Translations under genes and position numbers: made by a program | In this document: piece by piece, positions 27,740 through 34,613 of the stretch | Numbering within the stretch: position 1 is the first letter of the stretch | How the letters are laid out: every line of letters begins with the position of its first letter | Source: Gammaproteobacteria bacterium | GTDB taxonomy: Bacteria; Pseudomonadota; Gammaproteobacteria; PS1; Pseudothioglobaceae | Length of the DNA: 40,000 nt | Direction: 5' to 3' | NCBI GenBank assembly: GCA_965222625.1 | Contig: OZ244962.1 | Coordinates: 1,459,582-1,499,581, forward strand | Notes under the pieces: model-generated | Told to the model about the DNA's origin: nothing | The model's database searches: none | The model's input: only the letters and a program-made list of their open reading frames with translations

Positions 27740-28048
27740 TTAGTCATCAAAGTAATCAAAAATTTGTTTTCCAAAGCATCTCGTTGTTAAACAATTATTT
27801 TTTTCTTGAATATTATTTTCTTTTAAAAAAGCTCTTAACAAGGGTCTTGCTTGAATTTTATCACCATCTTGGTTAAATAATTGTATTTGCCCGCTATCTC
27901 TTAATATGATTGTGTAGATTTGTTTTTCTATCTGTATTTCTTTCTTTTTCTTTATTTCGCCAATATCTTCACCAACTCTATTTTTCCCAGAACTAATATC
28001 AATGGTTTTAATAATGTAGTAGGCAAAGGCTTTTAAAGTATGCCTCAT
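27740..28048 (-). CDS. Hypothetical 102-aa ORF, second ORF of a two-ORF cassette (or detached C-terminal part of the upstream nuclease-like gene)
   Basis: The ORF ends 10 nt before the attC. There is no convincing RBS. No attC lies between it and 28111-28647. Confidence 0.4.
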   Translation of the reverse strand: MRHTLKAFAYYIIKTIDISSGKNRVGEDIGEIKKKKEIQIEKQIYTIILRDSGQIQLFNQDGDKIQARPLLRAFLKENNIQEKNNCLTTRCFGKQIFDYFDD

Positions 28049-28110
28049 GTATTCATTTATAGGAGATATTTTTGCTTCTTGCTCCGATTTTAGAATATTT
28101 TGAATAAGTT

Positions 28111-28647
28111 TTACAATTGTGATTTTTCCGTTTCTTCATTATTCCAATATAACCAAACTTTATTTTTAATATCAAGGTTGTCAAATTCATCTTTTAACCC
28201 TTTGTTTGGTTTTGGTGTTAAGAATATAACGGATAAGTTTTCTTCTTTTAAGTTAAAAGAGTCGTCATTATTTTTATCATTTATAACCGCTTGATAATAT
28301 GAATTTAATTGTTTTGGATTTGCCGCCCCTTGCTTGATTTTATTTTCAATAATAATTCTATGTAATTCATTATACGAACTATCTAAAATTTTGATTTGTA
28401 TATCAATATCGTTTCTTTTATTTTTATATTGATAAGGAACTTCTAAATCAATTTCAAATTTAATGGTTTTGTCATCAATGAAATTTTTATATATTTTATT
28501 GATGTCAGATAATTTTAAAAAATTATTAATGACTTTACGACCCAATCTATGGTCTTGATTTGGGTTTAGCAAATATGCGAACATCGCAGACATGCTTGGT
28601 TCGTGTAAATTTGATTTTCCTGTGCTTAATACACTAAAGATATTCAT
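28111..28647 (-). CDS. PD-(D/E)XK nuclease-fold protein (178 aa), integron cassette
   Basis: N-terminus LHEPSMSAMFAYLLNPNQDHRLG, then RNDIDIQIKILD ... RIIIENKIK, which fits the D...(D/E)xK catalytic pattern. ATG lies 10 nt after the attC core of the 168-bp unit. Confidence 0.6.
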   Translation of the reverse strand: MNIFSVLSTGKSNLHEPSMSAMFAYLLNPNQDHRLGRKVINNFLKLSDINKIYKNFIDDKTIKFEIDLEVPYQYKNKRNDIDIQIKILDSSYNELHRIIIENKIKQGAANPKQLNSYYQAVINDKNNDDSFNLKEENLSVIFLTPKPNKGLKDEFDNLDIKNKVWLYWNNEETEKSQL

Positions 28648-28657
28648 TATATTGCCT

Positions 28658-28825
28658 GCCTAACGGCGTGGCGATAACCTGCCTAGTTAAATTTATTTAG
28701 AGTTTACTCTATTTTTAAATTTCTAGGTCGGGTTGATTGGCTTGTTAGGTCGCCGCAGGCGATCTAACCAGTTAATCTATTAGCGCCACGCCGTTAGAGC
28801 CGATCGCCCTGCGGTCGGCTCTAAC
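28658..28825 (-). repeat. 168-bp conserved ORF-less attC-bearing unit, copy 1
   Basis: GCCTAAC-GGCGTGGCG...CGCCACGCC-GTTAGAG, followed by the hairpin GTTAGAGCCGA-TCGCCCTGCGG-TCGGCTCTAAC. >=95% identical to the five other copies, all exactly 168 bp. Confidence 0.9.
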
Positions 28826-28888
28826 GCCTTGCTCAGTGGCGTTTTATGCGACGGCATATAAAACGTCCACTGGAGCTGATTGTTAGGT
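28819..28888 (-). other. attC site of the enoyl-CoA hydratase cassette (70 bp)
   Basis: Minus strand: ACCTAAC ... inverted repeat CAGCTCCAGTGGACG / CGCCACTGAGCAAG ... GTTAGAG. It starts 5 nt after the stop codon. Confidence 0.8.
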
Positions 28889-28893
28889 GCTTT

Positions 28894-29724
28894 TTATTCT
28901 TGATTTAAACCAAGCTCTGCTGCGGTATCGGTAAACACTCCTTGGAAATCAGTGGCTTCTCTTTCTGTTTGTCCTCCGGACTTTAGAAAAGCCTTGATTA
29001 TAGTCTGTGTTTTAGCCTCATTTGCACGCTCTAGAAAGTACCGTAGTTCTAGATGAGCACCAGCCTCTTCATCCCTGATTGAGACGGACACAATATCTTT
29101 GTACATCATAATGTCTCGCAACTCTAAACCAGCCAATGCTTCGAGAAAGCTGTTCAAATATGTATCTAACTGAGTTTTAGGGATGTATTTAGTAATAATA
29201 TTCAGTGCTTCTGCTTGCTGTGACGAAAAATCCTCACCGGTTAAAAGCGCTTGCAAGCCTTTGCCTTTCCCCATTCGACGAGCAAATTGAACAGCTCCTT
29301 GGCCTCCAGTTGGAATATTTACGCCGATTTCTGGTTGAGCAAATGCGGCATTTTCTGTGCCATATGATAAATCGCAAGCCATTACAAACTCATTCCCACC
29401 ACCTCTTGCGATGCCATCTACGAGAACAATAGATAGTTGATTCATAGCTTTGATATTTTTTATCATTTGACTAAATGCCATAATTCCAGCTTTCCCACTT
29501 TCTGCACCATTGATAGTGTTCAAGTCTAAATGCGCTACAAAAAATAGTTTATGTGCAGATTTGAATACAACGGCTTTAGTTTCGTTGTCATTTTGCAGGG
29601 ATAAGATAAATTCATTAACCTCGTTGATCGTATCTACTGTCCAAATATTAGCTGGTGGGTTGTCAATAACAACTGTAGCTATTTTATTTTCTAAAGCGAT
29701 ATGCAATTTACTCATTTTGATCAT
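28894..29724 (-). CDS. Enoyl-CoA hydratase/isomerase (crotonase) family protein, integron cassette
   Basis: 276 aa. GIARGGGNEFVMACDLSYG oxyanion-hole region and a typical crotonase fold pattern. Confidence 0.85.
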   Translation of the reverse strand: MIKMSKLHIALENKIATVVIDNPPANIWTVDTINEVNEFILSLQNDNETKAVVFKSAHKLFFVAHLDLNTINGAESGKAGIMAFSQMIKNIKAMNQLSIVLVDGIARGGGNEFVMACDLSYGTENAAFAQPEIGVNIPTGGQGAVQFARRMGKGKGLQALLTGEDFSSQQAEALNIITKYIPKTQLDTYLNSFLEALAGLELRDIMMYKDIVSVSIRDEEAGAHLELRYFLERANEAKTQTIIKAFLKSGGQTEREATDFQGVFTDTAAELGLNQE

Positions 29725-29745
29725 ATTCCTATATTCTTGGATTTA

Positions 29746-29771
29746 TATAACGTTTGAATGACCTGTTAGGT
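29746..29771 (-). other. Collapsed attC remnant (R'' and R' cores only 13 nt apart)
   Basis: Minus strand: ACCTAAC-AGGTCATTCAAAC-GTTATAT, between the SDR stop and the crotonase start. There is no room for L''/L' arms. Confidence 0.6.
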
Positions 29772-29782
29772 CTTTTCATTAA

Positions 29783-30391
29783 TTACTCAGGAACTACCGG
29801 TAAACCACCCCATGCCCTTAAGACTTGACCGGTTATATTTTCTTCAACTGCCTCGACATACAACTTGGCAGTTTTTACCGCTGTAACTACGCCCTTACTC
29901 TCTTGACCAGGTTCAACAATTGGGGCCGGGCTGACGACATTAACTCTGATACCTCTAGGTAGGAGTGGTGCAGTATTTTTTACAAATGTATCAAGAGCGG
30001 AGTTTAGTGGCCCCGTAGCGATACTTGCTGGATTTGGATAATGACTTAAAAAGCCACTGGTAAATATAAACGAACCATTGTCACGTATAAAGTTTTGTCC
30101 AATTTTTAATAATCTTATCTGACCTAAGAATTTACGTTCATATCCGAATCTATAATCATCATCTTCCAATGTTTCGAAAGGTTTGAAAGCGCTATCACCT
30201 CCTGCAACTGATATTAAAGAATCAAATTTACCAATTTTCTCGAACATTCCGAGGACTGATTGTGGATTAGTGTAGTCACACTGAACATCACCACTATGTG
30301 CGCCGACTCGAATAATTTCATGATTTCCAGACAAGGCTTTATCTACTTCTTTGCCAAGCTTACCTGATGCCCCGACGATAATTATTTTCAT
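29783..30391 (-). CDS. Short-chain dehydrogenase/reductase-like NAD(P)-binding protein (202 aa), integron cassette
   Basis: MKIIIVGASGKLGKEV Rossmann glycine motif; short atypical-SDR length. Confidence 0.8.
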   Translation of the reverse strand: MKIIIVGASGKLGKEVDKALSGNHEIIRVGAHSGDVQCDYTNPQSVLGMFEKIGKFDSLISVAGGDSAFKPFETLEDDDYRFGYERKFLGQIRLLKIGQNFIRDNGSFIFTSGFLSHYPNPASIATGPLNSALDTFVKNTAPLLPRGIRVNVVSPAPIVEPGQESKGVVTAVKTAKLYVEAVEENITGQVLRAWGGLPVVPE

Positions 30392-30411
30392 ATGTACCTC
30401 ATGTTTTTAGA

Positions 30412-30579
30412 ACCTAACGGCGTGGCGATAACCAGCCTAGTTGAATTTATTTAGAGTTTACTCTATTTTTAAATTTCTAGGTCGGGTTGATTGGCTTGTT
30501 AGGTCGCCGCAGGCGATCTAACCAGTTAATTTATTAGCGCCACGCCGTTAGAGCCGATCGCCCTGCGGTCGGCTCTAAC
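30412..30579 (-). repeat. 168-bp conserved ORF-less attC-bearing unit, copy 2
   Basis: Same architecture as copy 1. Subtype with three linked substitutions (AACCAGCC, GTTGAATT, TTAATTTATT), shared with copy 3. Confidence 0.9.
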
Positions 30580-30629
30580 GCCTGAATTCACCTGACGCGT
30601 AAGCGGTCAGGTGGAATGATTTGTTAGGT
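30573..30629 (-). other. attC site (57 bp, GAATTC...CTGGAATGATT family)
   Basis: Plus strand: CTCTAACGCC-TGAATTCACCTGACGCGTAAGCGGTCAGGTGGAATGATTT-GTTAGGT. Confidence 0.8.
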
Positions 30630-30688
30630 GGTTTTGCTTCGCAAAAAATGTGACGCTTTTTACGGTCAGCTGGAAGCATTTGTTAGGC
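30630..30688 (-). other. Second, degenerate attC-like element in tandem (inner palindrome and R'' present, R' core mutated)
   Basis: Contains TGACGCTTTTTACGGTCAGCTGGAAGCATTTGTTAGGC, but the position of the other core reads CTTCGC instead of CTAACGC. The stop codon of ORF 30683-31285 lies inside GCCTAAC. Confidence 0.55.
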
Positions 30689-31285
30689 TTTTTTCATTAT
30701 TGAACCGGAATCTGAATTCCAGCACCAAACATTTGCAGGCTCTAAATGAACTCCCCCAATCCAGCGATCAAGGTTTGTAATTTCTAGCCAATTTCTTTTG
30801 CCAGACAACACATCCAAACCCGCAGGCGTAATAGTTAGCTCTTGGTCTTTAGCTGTTGGTAAGGTCAGTTTTTTACCCTCTGGTAATTTTAGTAATGCAG
30901 GACTTGAATCGAGAAACTCTTGAAGAATTTCCCAAAAACTTGAATCACCTAAAAATATTCGCTCTTCTAATTCTTGGTTGACACCGAACGCTTTACCTGC
31001 CAATTTTTCATTCTTTGATATAATCTCTAAAGCTTGTTGGGCTGTGCGTGACAAGCCATTATTACAATTAGGATATTCTTCTAACATCCTAATAACTGCA
31101 CCTTCCAAAAATGGTAGTTCAGAAATATTTTCATTTAGTAGCTGACTCCATAATTCAGGTGAGTTTTCTCGAAATGCCGACCAAGCTTTGCTAGAAAGCA
31201 TCAAATGCTTTTCTGTAACTGGTTCTTCATATTTCAATAAGTCTTTAGAATAAAAGGGGACGCTACCCTTTTTTAGGCCTGCCAA
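30683..31285 (-). pseudogene. DUF1835/DUF3658-like protein, 5'-truncated cassette gene
   Basis: The C-terminal pattern (GLSRTAQQALEII...FLGDSSFWEILQEFL...RWIGGVHL...WCWN) is recalled from the DUF1835/DUF3658 family. The ~100-aa N-terminal domain is missing. The first ~12 codons (TTG start) are read out of a REP-like hairpin. Confidence 0.45.
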
Positions 31286-31326
31286 TACCTTTAGAAACTA
31301 AAATAAAAGGGTGGCGTCCCCTTTAT

Positions 31327-31489
31327 ACATCAAGCAATAGGCCAGTATTTTTACTTTGTGCTTGGTGGTATAAATTTGCAATAGCTCAAGATAATAATCT
31401 TTATCTTGGTCGCAGAAAAATACATCTAATTTACGATTACCTCATGTGGTGTGGTATGTTGGAAAATACGTTTCTAGCTTTCTTGGCAT
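31327..31489 (-). pseudogene. Second, more degraded tandem copy of the RAYT 5' fragment
   Basis: Same sequence with a 1-bp and an 8-bp deletion. It reads ...GNRKLDVFFCDQDKDYYLELLQIYTTKHKVKILAYCLM and then breaks at the REP-like hairpin. Confidence 0.6.
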
Positions 31490-31528
31490 TTGGGTATTTT
31501 ACTATGAAACTAAAATAAAAGGGTAGCG

Positions 31529-31681
31529 TATTTTTACTTTGTGCTTGGTGGTATAAATTTGCAATAGCTCAAGATAATAATCTTTATCTTGGTCGCAGAA
31601 AAATACATCTAATTTACGATTACCTCTTTGGGTTATGTGGTGTGGTATGTTGGAAAATACGTTTCTAGCTTGTCTTGGCAT
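31529..31681 (-). pseudogene. RAYT / IS200-like Y1 transposase, 5' fragment (51 codons)
   Basis: Manual translation gives MPRQARNVFSNIPHHITQRGNRKLDVFFCDQDKDYYLELLQIYTTKHKVKI. This matches the MPRxxR...H(V/I)xQRGNxRxxxFFxDxDyxxYLxLL N-terminus of REP-associated tyrosine transposases. Too short for the ORF track. Confidence 0.7.
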
Positions 31682-31839
31682 TTGGGTATTTTACTATGAA
31701 ACTAAAATAAAAGGGTAGCGTCCCCTTTATTTCCTTTATTTCCCCTTTATTTGTTAGCCATTTTTTAAAGCAAGGTGTGAAACTGGAATAAAAGGGGCTG
31801 GAATGATTCCCCTTTATTTCCTTTATTTCCCCTTTATTT

Positions 31840-31872
31840 CGCCCTGCGGTCGGCTGGAATGATTTGTTAGGT
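31840..31872 (-). other. Half attC (R'' and L'' arm only) of the lipoprotein cassette, interrupted by the REP/RAYT remnant
   Basis: CGCCCTGCGGTCGGCTGGAATGATTTGTTAGGT equals the right half of the attC at 27674-27730. The GAATTC-containing left half is absent. Confidence 0.6.
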
Positions 31873-31892
31873 TTTCTTATTTTAAACAAATT

Positions 31893-32183
31893 TTATTTTT
31901 TCATAGAATCAATAAATTTATCAATAGGGTGACTACTTTTTCTAGATATAAGTTTATACCCTTTGGACTCAAAGCATAAATCTCTTAATTTTTTTATTCT
32001 TTCATTTTGGGCTGATTCACTCAATAGACCCTCTTGTGAATGTTTATTAGCTTCAAAAACACAATTTTTATAATCTAATTGTTCTTGCTCTGGTGTTGTT
32101 CCTGCCTTTTGCCAAACTGATGTTGTCTGACCACAAGCACTTATAAATATAACGAAACCAATCAAAATAAAATTTCTTTTCAT
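31893..32183 (-). CDS. Small lipoprotein (96 aa), integron cassette
   Basis: Signal peptide plus lipobox: MKRNFILIGFVIFISAC. Confidence 0.7.
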   Translation of the reverse strand: MKRNFILIGFVIFISACGQTTSVWQKAGTTPEQEQLDYKNCVFEANKHSQEGLLSESAQNERIKKLRDLCFESKGYKLISRKSSHPIDKFIDSMKK

Positions 32184-32233
32184 TTTTTTATCTCCATCTC
32201 TCTAAAAAAGAATAGAAAGATTTGAGAGATGAA

Positions 32234-32291
32234 ACCTAACGCTTAAATCAGCGGCGCGTCTTTTTGCGTCCGCTGGATTTTTTTGTTAGCT
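32234..32291 (-). other. attC site (58 bp, AATCAGCGG...CCGCTGGAT family)
   Basis: Plus strand: ACCTAACGC-TTAAATCAGCGGCGCGTCTTTTTGCGTCCGCTGGATTTTTTT-GTTAGCT. Confidence 0.8.
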
Positions 32292-33448
32292 GATTTTCAA
32301 CTAAAGTATTAAATTTATTATTTAAGTGGCTCGCTGAGTCTTGAGTTACTCTTTGGAATTTGGTTGAAGCAATCATTCCTGTTTGATCGACATAGTTAAA
32401 GTAAAAAATAGAAATTATGTAGGTTGAAAGTATAGTAATGACTGATGATGATATTGCCGATACTTCATAAGAAAAATACTCGTAAATGAAATTAAACAAA
32501 AAAACACCTAGAGTAGAAATAACGACAAATGTATTAGATATACAGAGAAAGATACTTTCCCCATAAAAACGAATATTTTTTTTGAGAAAAATGCATTTAA
32601 ATTAACACTAAAAATAATTGAATATACAGTTATTACTCCAGATGAAAAATTCCCCAAAGAGTATGAATATAAGCCAAAAATTGATGTTAATGCAGAATAT
32701 GACAAACTATCGTTATGTATACCAGCCAGATATAGCCCAAAGATAAGCAGTGGAATTGAAAATTTAGATTGAATATCTTTTCCATAAAAATAAAATAGAT
32801 GACCTACAATAAATGCGATTATTCCTAAGCCTAATTTAGCGGATAAGAGTTTAACCCCTACAAGAAAAATAACAGTAAAAATAAATAATAATTCTATATA
32901 CACTGTAGTTTTCTTATACCTTATTAGACACATAACGAAAACAATAAAAGAACCAATTAGCTCAACCTTCATAGTTCCATAAAACAGGATTGTAAGAACT
33001 TTTACCTACTAAAAAAGATTCTACTGTTCCACTATAAATAGCCCCTAATAATGAATAATCAAGACTCCCGTATCCGTTTATCCAATCAGTAAGAGCTGAT
33101 TTGTCAATAGTAAAATAATTAAAACATAAGAAAGCAAGGATGCACGATACAACAGCAGGAATCATTAATCGAGGGTATCGCTTAAGTGACATTGCAATTA
33201 ATTTATGAACATTACCTTTTAATGCAACATAAGTTAGTATATAGCCACTTAAAACAAAAAATATATAAACAGCTGATGTTCCTGAAACCAAAAGGTGAAT
33301 TATGGATAAATCCTTGAACTGAATTTTCTATACCTGCTTTCCCAGAAAATGCATGAAGATGTGGGAAAAAAGTTAAACTTAAATGAGCAAGAACCACCAT
33401 GAAACATGCTACTCCTCTAATTCCCTCAATTGCCTTTAATTTCATCAT
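32248..33448 (-). pseudogene. Acyltransferase-3 family membrane O-acyltransferase, multiply frameshifted cassette gene
   Basis: Four consecutive ORF pieces with no attC between them: 33212-33448, 32962-33291, 32508-32972, 32248-32499. Family motifs: IEGIRGVACFMVVLAHL, VYIFFVLSGYIL, and a C-terminal FYFNYVDQ. Confidence 0.75.
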
Positions 33449-33470
33449 GCGTGATCTCTATTTTTTGTAC

Positions 33471-33638
33471 AGCTAACGGCGTGGCGATAACCAGCCTAGT
33501 TGAATTTATTTAGAGTTTACTCTATTTTTAAATTTCTAGGTCGGGTTGATTGGCTTGTTAGGTCGCCGCAGGCGATCTAACCAGTTAATTTATTAGCGCC
33601 ACGCCGTTAGAGCCGATCGCTCTGCGGTCGGCTCTAAC
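33471..33638 (-). repeat. 168-bp conserved ORF-less attC-bearing unit, copy 3
   Basis: Same architecture. The hairpin loop carries one private substitution (TCGCTCTGCGG). Confidence 0.9.
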
Positions 33639-33730
33639 GCCTAAATCAGCGCGCGGCTAAAAGTGGCAGGGCTTTTGCGCCAGCAAAAGGCATGACGCTT
33701 TTAGACGTCCGCTGGATTTTTTTGTTATGT
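33632..33730 (-). other. attC site (99 bp, AATCAGCG...CCGCTGGAT family)
   Basis: CTCTAACGCC-TAAATCAGCGCGCGG...GACGTCCGCTGGATTTTTTT-GTTATGT with an internal palindrome GGGCTTTTGCGCCAGCAAAAGGC. Confidence 0.75.
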
Positions 33731-33746
33731 GATAATTTGAAAATAG

Positions 33747-34303
33747 TTAAGCCTTTTTAAAATGGGCGTTGAGATGCTCTTTATATGCTTGTTCAATCCA
33801 ACTGGTATCGCCAGCAATAACATTGCCAGCATGAAATGTTGGAATTTGATCTCGAATGCTGAGATAAGTATTTGTATAAATAAGAGGGCGTAAAAATCAT
33901 CAATATGAGGTGCGTTTTTTAAGACAACCCCTTTACCTAAATCACTACTTTTCAGGTTTGAAGTGGTAACTATCATGAATTTGTCTGCTGGAACCTGACC
34001 ACCCTCGCCATATTCTTCGGTAATAATAAAGGTTTTTTCATAAAGAAGAACTTCATCAAGCCACTTCACCATAGGAGCAGGCATATTGAACCACATAATT
34101 GGTGTGATATAGATAATGGTTTCAGCCCACAAAATTTTGGCTACTTCTCTGTCTACATTCCAAGTATCTTTTGTGACATCTGAAATTTTAACCTTATGCC
34201 CTTTGTCGGTAAGATTTTTTTCAGTTAGATAGGCAAGAAAGCTATTCAATTGCCCTTTGGCATCAAAAATTGAGTATCCAGCAGTAACGAGCAAGACTTT
34301 CAT
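33747..34303 (-). pseudogene. MdaB-like flavodoxin-fold NAD(P)H:quinone oxidoreductase with a frameshift near 33875-33893
   Basis: The N-terminal 140 aa fit the MdaB pattern (GQLN, GHKV, ILWAETIIYITPIMWFNMPAPMVKWLDEV). The track ORF (33725-34303) then turns hydrophobic and non-native. The alternative frame reads LIYTNTYLSIRDQIPTFHAGNVIAGDTSWIEQAYKEHLNAHFKKA* and ends at 33747. Confidence 0.65.
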
Positions 34304-34357
34304 CTGTTCTCCAATTTATTTAGTTTAGTGGCTGATTATAAACACTTTGGCTTTATC

Positions 34358-34525
34358 ACATAACGGCGTGGCGATAACCTGCCTAGTTAAATTTATTTAG
34401 AGTTTACTCTATTTTTAAATTTCTAGGTCGGGTTGATTGGCTTGTTAGGTTGCCGCAGGCGATCTAACCAGTTAATCTATTAGCGCCACGCCGTTAGAGC
34501 CGATCGCCCTGCGGTCGGCTCTAAC
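34358..34525 (-). repeat. 168-bp conserved ORF-less attC-bearing unit, copy 4
   Basis: Same architecture. One private substitution in the inner hairpin (GTTAGGTTGCC). Confidence 0.9.
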
Positions 34526-34575
34526 GCTTGAATTCAGCCGACGCGTTAGCGGTCGACTGGAATGATTTGTTAGGT
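34519..34575 (-). other. attC site (57 bp, GAATTC...CTGGAATGATT family)
   Basis: CTCTAACGC-TTGAATTCAGCCGACGCGTTAGCGGTCGACTGGAATGATTT-GTTAGGT. Confidence 0.85.
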
Positions 34576-34613
34576 GGTTTTAAATAATTAATGTTTGTGC
34601 CCCCCTTATTTTT

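Larger units (their letters stand above)
31250..31840 (-). mobile_element. Decayed REP/RAYT-type (IS200-like Y1 transposase) remnant with REP-like hairpins and a ~190-bp tandem duplication
   Basis: Hairpin motif AAATAAAAGGGTRGCGTCCCCTTTAT at 31301-31327, 31513-31528 (partial) and 31704-31730, with an inverted copy at 31250-31275. Tandem units at ~31347-31528 and 31529-31720. The 31-bp motif CCCCTTTATTTCCTTTATTTCCCCTTTATTT occurs at 31722-31752 and 31809-31839. Confidence 0.7.

Noticed and set aside
31665-31889. 74-aa minus-strand ORF
   Set aside because: It is translated entirely from REP-like hairpins and the CCCCTTTATTT repeats (GEIKEIKG twice). It overlaps the attC half-site and the RAYT fragment's upstream region.
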